A DNA stretch of 64,000 nt from Candidatus Latescibacterota bacterium (GTDB lineage Bacteria > Latescibacterota > UBA2968): positions 3,648,001 to 3,712,000 of the forward strand of contig OZ240241.1 in assembly GCA_965198115.1 (NCBI GenBank). Direction: 5' to 3'. Positions 20,241 through 29,417 of this stretch are shown piece by piece (within the stretch, counting starts at the first letter, position 1; each line of letters starts with the position of its first letter). A model generated the notes under the pieces. It was not told where the DNA came from, did no database searches, and saw nothing but the letters and a program-made list of their open reading frames with translations. The position numbers and the translations under genes were made by a program.

Positions 20241-21580
20241 GCATCCCCAACGAGCACGAAAGCTACATCTGCCACGTTCGTGCCGGTCGGGCCGGTCATC
20301 ACCAGATCGTCGAGCGCTTTAAAGAAGTGGTAGGCATCGTTGTTTCTCAGATACTCGTTCGACGACAGCTCGGCCTCTTCGGCCCGCTCCATCGTCTGGC
20401 CGTCCGACACGGCACCTGCCGCATCGGTCGGGCCGTCGGTGCCATCCGTGCCCCCGCTGAACAACACGAGGGGTGACCAGCCAGCAATCTGCTGCGCCCC
20501 TGCCAGGGCGATCTCCTGATTCCGCCCACCCTTCCCTGATCCACGAACCGTCACGGTCGTCTCTCCACCCGCAATCACGCAGGCCGGGGGCGCGACAGGC
20601 GTTCCCGACGACAGGATCTCCTTCCCGATTGCGGAATAAACGTGTGCGATCTCTCGGGCCTCGCCTTCCAGACGCGTCGTGAGAACCAACGTGTTATAGC
20701 CCAGCTCGACGGCCTTCTCGTGGGCGGCGAATACGGCCAGGCCGTTACTTCCGACGACCACGTTCTGAACACGGGAAAGCGCCTCGTCTCCGGGTTTGGG
20801 TGTGTCGCCCACCTCTCCCGACAATCCGAGCTTGAGACGCTCAGCCACAGTCGCCGGCAGAGAGTCGGTCAACTCGTACTTCGAGAAGATTTCTGCACAC
20901 GTCTTGTATGTCGACGAATCCGGAACCGTCGGTCCCGACGCGATCACGTCGAGCGGATCCCCGATGACGTCGGACAACATCAGGGCGACAACCGTCGCGG
21001 GAAAGGCCATACGGGCGAGCCCCCCCCCCTTGACGCGGGAGAGATGTTTTCGCACCGCGTTCAGTTCGACGATGTTCGCACCGCACGACAGGAGCAGACG
21101 CGTCGTCTCCTGCTTGTCTTCCAGCGTAATGCCCTCACAAGGCGCCGGTAAAATCGCCGACCCGCCGCCCGAGAGCAGGCAGATCACCAGCGTGTGTTCA
21201 TCGGCCTCCTCCAGGAGTGCCAGGATGCGGTTCGTCCCTTCCACACCGGCGAGATCAGGAACCGGATGGCCGCACTCGACCGTCTCGATCTGCGTCAGAG
21301 GCTCCGAGTGTTCGTATTTGGTGTTGATGAGACCCGCGGTGATGCGGTCACCCAGGATCGACTCGAGCGCGACCGCCATGCGTGGGGTCGCCTTCCCGGC
21401 ACCCACAGCCACAACGTTCTCGAAGATACCGAGGTCGTATGTCTGCCCGTCGATCGTGAGCGTGTCGCCGTCCAGCGAAACAAAGGACTTCACGCATTGT
21501 TCCGCATCGACCGCGTGAACGGCCGACCCGAAAATCCGGTCCGCGTCCGCGCGCATACGGGCCACATCGTAGCTACTCAT
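20237..21580 (-). CDS. Glycerate 2-kinase (MOFRL/TtuD family)
   Basis: GAGKA, LSGGGSA, RKHLSRVKGG, SDVIGD, GGETTV, GTDGTDGPTDAAGA, TGPTGTNV. Confidence 0.93.
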   Translation of the reverse strand: MSSYDVARMRADADRIFGSAVHAVDAEQCVKSFVSLDGDTLTIDGQTYDLGIFENVVAVGAGKATPRMAVALESILGDRITAGLINTKYEHSEPLTQIETVECGHPVPDLAGVEGTNRILALLEEADEHTLVICLLSGGGSAILPAPCEGITLEDKQETTRLLLSCGANIVELNAVRKHLSRVKGGGLARMAFPATVVALMLSDVIGDPLDVIASGPTVPDSSTYKTCAEIFSKYELTDSLPATVAERLKLGLSGEVGDTPKPGDEALSRVQNVVVGSNGLAVFAAHEKAVELGYNTLVLTTRLEGEAREIAHVYSAIGKEILSSGTPVAPPACVIAGGETTVTVRGSGKGGRNQEIALAGAQQIAGWSPLVLFSGGTDGTDGPTDAAGAVSDGQTMERAEEAELSSNEYLRNNDAYHFFKALDDLVMTGPTGTNVADVAFVLVGDA

Positions 21581-22328
21581 AAAGATCCTTCCTCGAATGC
21601 CTGAACGGCCGCTTCTTGATCCTCATTCTCGATGGACGCGCACGCCTCACCTCCGTGATCGCTTCTTCCGACTTTGCCCCACAGTGGACGAGATAGGCCG
21701 CCAGGAAGGTCCCGGTCCGGCCGAATCCACCCAGGCAATGAACCAGAACTGGATGGTTCTGCGGAAGCAACCGATCGACATACGCGTTGAACGTCTCGAC
21801 CTGATCAGCCGTCGGGACTCCACCGTCCGGGACCGGAAGATGGAGCGATTCCACATCGGACTCCTCGATCCACTCTTCGGGCAGGGCTCGCTCGGTCAGA
21901 GTCACGAGATGCTGAATGCCCTGCGATCGCACGAACGCAAGGTCCTCAAGAGCCAGCTTCTCCGATCGAACAAACCGATCGACTTCGGACCCACCATCCC
22001 CGAAACCCTCCCGCACCGATGACAGAATGCCCCACGTATCACGAAACTTCCGATACATAGCCGGCATCCGCTGGTCGACATCGACACGACCCAATCCGAT
22101 GTCTTCGGCTAACTGTTCCCGGTTGGCTGCCAGGGAGCGTGACGAATTGAGCCAAGAGAGAAAACGCTGTTCGTGAGGCAGCATCTCCCCCGAGAACTCG
22201 AGCCCGCATCCCGGACGTCCCAAAGCAAGATGACCTGGAACGAGCCAGGAGAAGTTGAACGGCAATGCATCCTCAATTCGAACACGCTGATGGGAAGGAA
22301 GGCGCGTAATGATAAATAAATCGGGCAC
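21573..22328 (-). CDS. Dual-specificity (CX5R) protein phosphatase; C-terminus frameshifted, start approximate
   Basis: NFSWL, VPDGGVP, HCLGGFGRTG. The expected tail IENEDQEAAV lies in another frame. Confidence 0.75.
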   Translation of the reverse strand: MPDLFIITRLPSHQRVRIEDALPFNFSWLVPGHLALGRPGCGLEFSGEMLPHEQRFLSWLNSSRSLAANREQLAEDIGLGRVDVDQRMPAMYRKFRDTWGILSSVREGFGDGGSEVDRFVRSEKLALEDLAFVRSQGIQHLVTLTERALPEEWIEESDVESLHLPVPDGGVPTADQVETFNAYVDRLLPQNHPVLVHCLGGFGRTGTFLAAYLVHCGAKSEEAITEVRRARPSRMRIKKRPFRHSRKDLYE

Positions 22329-22341
22329 TCCAAACAAACAG

Positions 22342-23310
22342 TCACCCGTCGAGGAGAGCGCCGATCTGGTCGGGTGCGAGGTGGATGCACCAGTCAGCCG
22401 TCGGAGCGTAAGACGTGTGCCAGGCCTCGAGACGACCGCGCACCTCGGGTTGCGCGTCTTGGGCCAGACGCCGCCACAGCGCCAGCCCCCTAGCCGCTGC
22501 CCAACAGAGGTAGGACGGTAACTGGTCGATTTCTTGGTCTCCCAGCGGGTAGACCCCGTGGTAGGCCTTGAGAAAGGCTGAACGCTCCACGGGCAGGGGC
22601 CCGGAGGGTGCCACGGCGGCGCCAAAGAACACAGTGGCGTAGGCCAGGTCCCACAGCCGCGTGCCAAAACGGGCATCGTCGAAATCCAGCACGCCAGCGA
22701 CTCGGCTACCCCGGTAGACAAGATTTTGAGCCCGGTAATCGCCGTGACAGAGTCCACAGGTCACCGTCCGCAAGCGCGCGGTGTCGACCCTCTCGCTCAA
22801 ATCTCGAACCACATCACCATCCGGAAGCCTCCTGAGCCCGTCCGCGAACCGCGCGAAGACGTCAGCGTCCGAAACAGTTGCGTCGGCGCGGTGACAGGTT
22901 CGATGGAGCCACGCAAGGGCCCGAGCCGCCGATCGAATCTGATCCGTCCGGCCAGCGGAGTACGTCTGACCGCCCAGGTAGGGAAAGAGAACGAAGAACT
23001 GTATCGTCTGACCGGAGGGTCGAAGGGATACGGTGGGATTGTCGGCCCCCCCTTCGTGAGGCTTCAGAGGTAGCACTGCGGGAGCGCCGTGGTCAGCCGC
23101 CAGTCTCGAGAGACGAAGGGATTCCGTGATCCGATCCCGGTCGACAGTGGCGTAGACCTTCGCGACGAACGATCGAGTCCGACCTTCCATGAAGAGCACG
23201 GTGGAATGGGGACCCGTCCGACCCCGGCCGATCGTCACTTTGTGCCCGAAGACACGCTCGATCGCTTCCACGAGCCCGTCTGGTACATCGACACGACCGT
23301 AGTTCATCAT
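22342..23310 (-). CDS. APH / type II homoserine kinase-like phosphotransferase
   Basis: LAWLH, HGDYRAQN, LDFDD, DLA. Confidence 0.82.
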   Translation of the reverse strand: MMNYGRVDVPDGLVEAIERVFGHKVTIGRGRTGPHSTVLFMEGRTRSFVAKVYATVDRDRITESLRLSRLAADHGAPAVLPLKPHEGGADNPTVSLRPSGQTIQFFVLFPYLGGQTYSAGRTDQIRSAARALAWLHRTCHRADATVSDADVFARFADGLRRLPDGDVVRDLSERVDTARLRTVTCGLCHGDYRAQNLVYRGSRVAGVLDFDDARFGTRLWDLAYATVFFGAAVAPSGPLPVERSAFLKAYHGVYPLGDQEIDQLPSYLCWAAARGLALWRRLAQDAQPEVRGRLEAWHTSYAPTADWCIHLAPDQIGALLDG

Positions 23311-24197
23311 TCCGCAGCATCCACGTGCTGATTCAGAATCTCCAGGAAGGTGTCGGCCGCCGGCGACAGATAGCCACCCGGCCGGAGGATCAACGACACC
23401 TGCCGGGCAGGAATCCCACTCACATCCAGAAGACAGAGAGCGCCCTCCGACCGCTCACGTTCGACCGCCACTTCGGGCACGATCGCAATGCCCAGACCGA
23501 TACTCACGTATTTCTTAATCACTTCGATACTGCCCAGTTCCATCACGACCTTGGGCCGCAAGCCCACATCGAGGAGTGCCCGGTCGACCAGCCCCCGACT
23601 GGTACTGCCGGGCTCGAGCATGAGCCAGTTCTCGTCGGCCAGGTCGGGGAGCCCGAGTCCTCTGCTGCCCTCGAGTGGATGGCCGCGTGGGGCGATCACC
23701 ACATCCTCCCGTTCGAACAGGTGCGAGGTCACGACACCGGTGTGTCCAACTGGCATAGTTGCGATACCGAAGTCGACTGCCCCTTCGACGACCAGACGCA
23801 CGACCTCCGGCGACATACGGTCTGTCAGACGAATGTCCACGCCCGGGTACCGTCTTCGAAACACCCGTACGCTTTGAGGGAGGACGTAGGTGCAGTTGGT
23901 ATCGCTCGTGCCAATGCTCAAGTGGCCCGTGTTGAGAGCCCCGAGACCCGAAAGATCCTCCCGAGCCCGGTCCACGAGCGCCAGAATCTGTTCGGCTCTT
24001 TGGCAGAGAAGACGGCCGGCGTTCGTGATCGTCACACGCTTCCCGTGTCGCTCGAACAGCCTTTGACCGACTTCCTCTTCAAGCGCCTTGATCTGCAGAC
24101 TCACCGCAGGCTGAGTCAGGAAGAGTTTCTCTGCTGCGCGTGTGAAGCTTCGCTCCCTGGCGATTTCGACAAGACCTTTCAGCTGATCCAGGTCCAT
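23307..24197 (-). CDS. LysR family transcriptional regulator (CysL/CmpR-like)
   Basis: SFTRAAEKLFLTQPAVSLQIKALE HTH plus substrate-binding domain. Confidence 0.95.
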   Translation of the reverse strand: MDLDQLKGLVEIARERSFTRAAEKLFLTQPAVSLQIKALEEEVGQRLFERHGKRVTITNAGRLLCQRAEQILALVDRAREDLSGLGALNTGHLSIGTSDTNCTYVLPQSVRVFRRRYPGVDIRLTDRMSPEVVRLVVEGAVDFGIATMPVGHTGVVTSHLFEREDVVIAPRGHPLEGSRGLGLPDLADENWLMLEPGSTSRGLVDRALLDVGLRPKVVMELGSIEVIKKYVSIGLGIAIVPEVAVERERSEGALCLLDVSGIPARQVSLILRPGGYLSPAADTFLEILNQHVDAAE

Positions 24198-24228
24198 AAG
24201 CCCAACCTATGCGATAGTAGATTTCAAT
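24196..24228. promoter_or_regulatory. Putative LysR-type binding boxes overlapping the LysR start
   Basis: ATAA-N7-CTAT (24196-24210) and ATAG-N7-CAAT (24214-24228), T-N11-A pattern. Confidence 0.45.
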
Positions 24229-24419
24229 AGGGCAAAGTTATGACGTAAGGTAAAAGGAACCGGGCAATGGCCGCCAAACCTGGTCAGGCGGTCACAGCCA
24301 GGCCTACGTATGTCGGTTTCGGCCCCGGGTCGGTCTGGCTCTTCGGGTTGATAGTTCAGGCGAATACGAATAGGGGTTCGAACCTCGTTCGAACCCCTTG
24401 CTTAGGTCTGAACATCATT

Positions 24420-24455
24420 AAAAAAAGAGCGAGTGACCTCCCGAGTCACTCGCTC
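24420..24455 (-). terminator. Rho-independent terminator
   Basis: gagcgagtgac/gtcactcgctc stem followed by a T run on the minus strand. Confidence 0.7.
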
Positions 24456-24558
24456 GTGTTCACCATCGGTCCCCCTCTGGACCCACCTTCCTTCCCCTCT
24501 CCCCTGTTAGTGAAGGAAGGTGAATCGCAACTCAACCGACAGTGATGTTAGACTTGAA

Positions 24559-24870
24559 TCACGCCGCCAGAGTCTGGGAGCTGTCGGAGTCGGTCTGGAA
24601 CGTGTGACCGGCAGCGATCAACCAGCTCTTTTCGTAATCGTCGAGCACCTGAAGCCAGAGACTGCGATCGCACCGGCCAGCCACGTAGGCCTTCGCGCAG
24701 GCATCCACCTGTCGCTCCAGACACGTCACGTCATCGATCCGATCGTCTGAAATGGTGGCGTGTGCAGAGCCGATCGTGCCTGCCACGCGTTCGATGACTT
24801 TTTCGAGTTCCCGACTCAGGTCCTCTGTGCGGACGATGTTGTCCATGTCTGCGGCCACGGTGCGAATCAC
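24559..24870 (-). CDS. Hypothetical protein (103 aa)
   Basis: GGGAG RBS before GTG, own promoter, downstream terminator. Confidence 0.65.
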   Translation of the reverse strand: MIRTVAADMDNIVRTEDLSRELEKVIERVAGTIGSAHATISDDRIDDVTCLERQVDACAKAYVAGRCDRSLWLQVLDDYEKSWLIAAGHTFQTDSDSSQTLAA

Positions 24871-24929
24871 GTTGATCTCCCTCTTCCTGAGGCGCCCAGG
24901 CGCCTTCCTGTTTTGAATACCTGCACAAA

Positions 24930-24958
24930 AAGATACTACTCATCCGTATACCTGTCAA
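24930..24958 (-). promoter_or_regulatory. Sigma70-like promoter
   Basis: TTGACA-N17-TATCTT on the minus strand. Confidence 0.6.
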
Positions 24959-24968
24959 GGCTGCTCTG

Positions 24969-25177
24969 AAAAAATGCAGACGCCCTTCCGAGCGTTCGCC
25001 CCACCTGGTGGGAGGGTGTGTCCAGGCAGGGACAAACAAGAAAGGGCGTCTGACTCAATCAGTCAGACGCCTCGGTGCCGGGTCAAGTTCCCGACTCAAG
25101 ATCTATATAAAACGGGATCCTCGGTCATCCCACCCCTAGTATGCCCGAGGATCCCAATTGGGCCATCCCAATAGCCC
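24969..25177 (-). ncRNA. Candidate ~200-nt structured small RNA
   Basis: Near-consensus promoter upstream, several strong hairpins, ends in a stem plus T6, no credible ORF. Confidence 0.5.
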
Positions 25178-25183
25178 CACAAA

Positions 25184-25212
25184 AGTATACAGCGACGCCG
25201 AACCAGTGTCAA
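25184..25212 (-). promoter_or_regulatory. Sigma70-like promoter for the candidate sRNA
   Basis: TTGACA-N17-TATACT on the minus strand. Confidence 0.7.
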
Positions 25213-25342
25213 CAGAGATTTCGCAACGGACAGCGCGGTCTGATTGCCCGGAAACTGGCCTTTTTTCGCCCGGAGACGTATTTTGTCGCGGCTAAAAGGG
25301 CCCTGTCGATCCAGATGATGAGTCGACAGGGCCTCGAAGAAG

Positions 25343-25417
25343 TGGTGACCCCGAGGGGAATCGAACCCCCGTTACCGGCGTGAAAGGCCGGTGTCCTAAC
25401 CGCTGAACGACGGGGTC
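25343..25417 (-). tRNA. tRNA-Glu(TTC)
   Basis: GACCCCG/CGGGGTC acceptor stem, CCGGC-CT-TTC-AC-GCCGG anticodon arm, GGTTCGATTCC T arm, CCA. Confidence 0.97.
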
Positions 25418-25533
25418 ACGCAGTGGCCTGAATATATAGAAAACCAGAATACCGAGCAAGCATCACATACGTAATCATAACTATTTGTTTAAAAAAGGTT
25501 TAAACTGTATTTGGCCTGCGAAAGGAACCCCTC

Positions 25534-26518
25534 GTGACCGACCACAAAGTGCTGCTGTTCGAACCCGTACACCAGAAGGGGCTCGATCACCTGACGCAGA
25601 ATGGTGCCGCAGTCATCTATGCGGATGGATTCGGCGCGGAGTCGATCAAACGGGCCGTTTCGGATGTCGATGCCATCCTCGCCCGCGCTCAGGGCAGCAT
25701 CGACGGGGAAGTCATGGACGCGGCCCCGAACCTGAAAGTCGTGGGTCGGCACGGAATCGGGGTCGACAATGTCGACGTCGAGGCAGCCACCGATCGGGGC
25801 ATATTCGTCGTAAACACACCCGTCGCACCGGCCGAGTCGGTGGCTGAGTTCGTCGTGATGGGCATGATCGCGTTACCCCGGCGGATCGTGCAGGCAGATG
25901 CGGCGACTCGCAACCTCCGTTGGAGTTTCAGGAACGAGGTCCACGCGGCCTGAGCTCGTGGGCAGGACCCTCGGAATCGTGGGTTTTGGCAGGATCGGCC
26001 GTCGCATCGCCGAAATCTGCTCGCTCGGCTTTCGGATGAACGTCATTTACACGGATGCCTACGCGGCCCCCGTGGAGGAGGAGAAGCGTCTTCGCGCCAT
26101 CCGCGTCGAGCTGAACGACCTGCTCTCGAGGTCCGATTTCGTCTCCCTGAACGTGCCCCTGCTCGAATCGATCCATCATCTGATCGATGCCGAAGCCCTC
26201 TCCCCCATGAAGCCCGACGCCTACCTCGTCAACTGCTCGCGAGGACCCGTCATCGACGAGCCGGCGCTGGCCGAGGCCCTTCAGAATCGAAAGATCGCCG
26301 GGGCTGTGATCGACGTCTTCGAAAGCGAGCCCATCTCGGAGGGCAATCCCTTGCTCGACCTCGACAATGTGCTCCTGACGCCCCACTGTTCGGGTCACTC
26401 CATCGAGTCGACACAGGCCATGGCCATGGTCGCGTCGGACATCATCAAGGTCCTCGAGGGCAAGCAGCCGGTCTATCCGGTCAACGAGCCACCGAACCCT
26501 CGCCAACGCATCGGTTGA
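25534..26518 (+). pseudogene. D-2-hydroxyacid / phosphoglycerate dehydrogenase-like, 1-nt frameshift near 25946
   Basis: ORF1 RHGIGVDNVD..NTP; ORF2 PELVGRTLGIVGFGRIG..NCSRG..DVFESEP..TPH. Confidence 0.85.
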
Positions 26519-26652
26519 CCAGCTAACTTGACAACTCATCGGGGTTTATGTTAATTAGCCGGGCTATTCAAACACCTGTCGCGACACGTCATTTCTCGAG
26601 CCAGACCACGGTTGGAAAGGGCACGACAACGGCACCCGGTGTTCACACATCA

Positions 26653-26729
26653 GGGCGATTAGCTCAGCTGGTTAGAGCGCTGGTTTCACATACCAGAGGT
26701 CACTGGTTCGAGTCCAGTATCGCCCACCA
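26653..26729 (+). tRNA. tRNA-Val(CAC)
   Basis: GGGCGAT/ATCGCCC acceptor stem, CTGGT-TT-CAC-AT-ACCAG anticodon arm, GGTTCGAGTCC T arm, CCA. Confidence 0.97.
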
Positions 26730-26784
26730 CTTCACACCGGCCGCCAGCCGCGAGAGTGCACAACCCAAACAGAATGAGCATTCA

Positions 26785-26825
26785 CAACGGTGCATCTCCC
26801 CCTTCGGAGATGCACCGTTGCTTTT
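26785..26825 (+). terminator. Terminator after tRNA-Val
   Basis: caacggtgcatctcc/ggagatgcaccgttg 15-bp stem followed by CTTTT. Confidence 0.65.
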
Positions 26826-26852
26826 AGCCCCCACGTCAGGAGATCGCCCATT

Positions 26853-27572
26853 ATGAAGGAAAGCCTCCACCGGCTGCTGGAACTCCAGGAAATCGACAAG
26901 GAAATCGGCACCCTCGAGCGTTCGAAGCAGGAGTTTCCAGACGAGATCGATCGACTCAAGAGCGAGCTCGAAAGCGCGAGAAAATCGATCACCGAAACGG
27001 AAGAACGCGTCGCGGAACTGGAAAGTGGCAGACGGGCAATGGAGGGCGAACTCGAGACCATTAGCGAAGACCTGAAAAAACATCAGGACCGACTTTACGA
27101 GGTCAAATCCAACCGCGAGTACGACGCGTTGCAGCTCGAGATCGAATCCCTCGGGAACAGAAAGGACGAGCAGGAGAACGGCATTCTACAGTCCATCGAG
27201 GACTTTGAGGATCTATCGGGTAAGCTCGATGAAGACAAGTCCGCCTTCTCGCAACGTGAGACGGAGATCCTGGATCGGATCAACGATCTTGAGTCCAAGC
27301 TCGGGTCTGTCGAGGGAGACATTAAAGGCTGGATGACCAAGCGAAAGAAAATCGAGAAGGTGGTAGATGCGCCCGCTCTTTCCTCCTACAACAGGATCCG
27401 GCGAATGGTACGCGGGGGCGTGGCCGCCGTCGCAATAAAAAAAGGCGCCTGCGGCGGTTGCTTCAGGCAGCTTTCGCCCCAGTTGCTCGTCGAAGCGCGA
27501 CGAACGGACAAACTCCTTCGGTGCGAAAACTGTGGACGCATGTTGATCTGGAAGGACGAAGTTTTAGTGTAA
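26853..27572 (+). CDS. Coiled-coil protein with C4 zinc ribbon (DUF164/CT398-like)
   Basis: LLELQEID, NREYDALQLEIE, CGGC..CENCGRML. Confidence 0.9.
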   Translation: MKESLHRLLELQEIDKEIGTLERSKQEFPDEIDRLKSELESARKSITETEERVAELESGRRAMEGELETISEDLKKHQDRLYEVKSNREYDALQLEIESLGNRKDEQENGILQSIEDFEDLSGKLDEDKSAFSQRETEILDRINDLESKLGSVEGDIKGWMTKRKKIEKVVDAPALSSYNRIRRMVRGGVAAVAIKKGACGGCFRQLSPQLLVEARRTDKLLRCENCGRMLIWKDEVLV

Positions 27573-27975
27573 GCGGGCCGGATGGTCGCGTCCCGAGGGG
27601 GCTTGCCTCCCGAGGGATGAGGAAAGTCCGAGCACCACAGGGCAGGATGCTGGGTAACACCCAGGCGGGGCAACCCGACGGAAAGTGCCACAGAGAACAG
27701 ACCGCCAGCGGGCCGGGTCACCCCGGCAGCGGGCAAGGGTGAAACGGTGGGGTAAGAGCCCACCGCGTCTTCGGAGACGAAGACGGCACGGCAAACCCCA
27801 TCCGGTGCAAGGCCTAATAGGAGCGGAGAGGCTGCCCGTCTCGTCCAGGCTGCTCGTCAGGGCTGCCACGCTCGGGTTGGCCGCACCGAGGTGTCGGGCA
27901 ACCGACATCCCAGATAAATGACCATCCGCCCGACCTCGTCGGGCGACAGAACTCGGCTTACAGGCCCGCTTGCAC
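27567..27975 (+). ncRNA. rnpB: RNase P RNA (type A)
   Basis: GAGGAAAGTCCG, GAAAGTGCCACAGAGAACAGACCGCC, GGTGAAACGGTGGGGTAAGAGCCCACC, ACAGAACTCGGCTTA; P1 stem gtgtaagcgggcc/ggcccgcttgcac. Confidence 0.97.
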
Positions 27976-28063
27976 GCTCGGCGGATCCAGATGCCCACGT
28001 TCATTCGAGCGAAGGCATCGGATCCGCCGAGTGTGTATCGACCCCTCAATCACCGGAGGCCCC

Positions 28064-28594
28064 GTGATCAACGTCTCTGGGGTATCGATCGAAATCGTTC
28101 GGGGCGACATTACCGGCCAGGATGTCGACGCGATCGTCAACGCCGCCAACAACCACTTTTGGATGGGAGCCGGTGTCGCTGGTGCGATAAAGAAAAAGGG
28201 CGGCGATTCGATCGAAATCGAGGCCACTTCTCAGGGTCCTGTCGAAGTCGGAGAATCCGTCATCACGGCCGGGGGGGCGTTGAAGGCGCGTTACGTCATT
28301 CACGCGGCCGGCATGGGTCAGGATCTGCAGACAGACGTCGTCAAGGTGGCCGCCGCGACGAGGAGCAGCCTGAACCTTGCCATCGACGCGAACCTCGAAA
28401 GCATCGCCTACCCCGCGATCGGAACCGGCGTTGGCGGTCTATCCCTCCAGGCCGCCGCGAAGGCCATGATCGACGCGACCGTCGACCGCTTGCTCGAGAG
28501 CCACGGAAACCTGAAGCAAGTCTGTTTCGTCTTGTTCGACGAACCGGGTTACGACGCGTATCGTGGATATCTGACCCAGAAATTCTCTGCCTGA
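28064..28594 (+). CDS. Macro domain protein (ADP-ribose binding/hydrolase)
   Basis: GDIT, AIVNAAN, GAGVAGAI, VIHA, PAIGTGVGG; GGAGG RBS before GTG 28064. Confidence 0.92.
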   Translation: MINVSGVSIEIVRGDITGQDVDAIVNAANNHFWMGAGVAGAIKKKGGDSIEIEATSQGPVEVGESVITAGGALKARYVIHAAGMGQDLQTDVVKVAAATRSSLNLAIDANLESIAYPAIGTGVGGLSLQAAAKAMIDATVDRLLESHGNLKQVCFVLFDEPGYDAYRGYLTQKFSA

Positions 28595-28603
28595 GGAACA
28601 CAC

Positions 28604-29416
28604 GTGTCCTTCACCCAGGCCATCGACGCCCGCGCAACGACGATCGACTCTTGCGTATGCGTAGGCCTTGACCCGGACTTGACCAAACTCCCCCGATCGA
28701 TCGACAGAAACCCCGAAGGCGCCGAACGGTTCCTCGAACGAATCATCGAGACAACGTCCGACATCTCCTGCGCCTACAAACCCAACTTCGCCTTTTTCGG
28801 CGCCCTCGGCCCAGAGGGACTCGACATCCTTGTCCGGATTCGAAAAGCCATCCCATCCGATGTGCCCGTCATTCTCGATTTCAAAGCAGGCGACATCGGA
28901 AACACGGCCGACCGCTACGCCGAAATGGCCTACGACGTGATCGGCGCCGACGCGGTCACCGTCAATCCATACATGGGTTTCGACGCAATCGAGCCATTCC
29001 TTCGGCCGGGCCGCTGCGCTTACGTGCTGTGTCTGACGTCGAACGAGACGTCTGCCGAGGTTCAGAGGCTGACGGTCGATGGACGTCCCCTCTACGCGAT
29101 CACCGCGGAAACGACAAATGGATGGGCCGAGCACGGCGAATGTGGACTCGTCGTCGGCGCCACGCACCCAGACGAGCTGGCAGAGATTCGGCAGATCTCC
29201 CCGACCCTCCCTTTCCTCATTCCTGGCGTGGGCACCCAAGGAGGCGACGCGCTGACGGTCGTTCGGCGGGGGGCCTTTCTGGGCGGGGGCGGCATCCTCA
29301 TCAACGCCTCCCGAAGCGTCCTGTATGCTTCCCCGAACGACGATTTCGCTGAAGCCGCGCGCGAGGCAGCTGAAGCGCTGCGAACAGTCACATCCGCCGT
29401 CTCCAACGAGGCCTGA
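28604..29416 (+). CDS. pyrF: Orotidine-5'-phosphate decarboxylase
   Basis: CVGLDP, YKPN, DFKAGDIGNT, TVNPYMG, PGVGTQGG, NASRS. Confidence 0.95.
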   Translation: MSFTQAIDARATTIDSCVCVGLDPDLTKLPRSIDRNPEGAERFLERIIETTSDISCAYKPNFAFFGALGPEGLDILVRIRKAIPSDVPVILDFKAGDIGNTADRYAEMAYDVIGADAVTVNPYMGFDAIEPFLRPGRCAYVLCLTSNETSAEVQRLTVDGRPLYAITAETTNGWAEHGECGLVVGATHPDELAEIRQISPTLPFLIPGVGTQGGDALTVVRRGAFLGGGGILINASRSVLYASPNDDFAEAAREAAEALRTVTSAVSNEA

Positions 29417-29417
29417 T

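Noticed and set aside
24270-24302. aaacctggtcagg..cagccagg resembling SRP RNA helix 8
   Set aside because: Lacks the GNRA loop and GGAAGCAG motif needed for 4.5S RNA
24969-25177. 6S RNA interpretation of the sRNA candidate
   Set aside because: The 5' and 3' ends do not pair into a single rod with a central bubble
25940-25955. Programmed frameshift or selenocysteine readthrough at the TGA in the dehydrogenase
   Set aside because: Homology continues in a different frame with no slippery site or SECIS; a 1-nt insertion explains it
1818-26729. tRNA-anchored integrative elements
   Set aside because: No integrase beside any tRNA and no duplicated tRNA 3' end noticed
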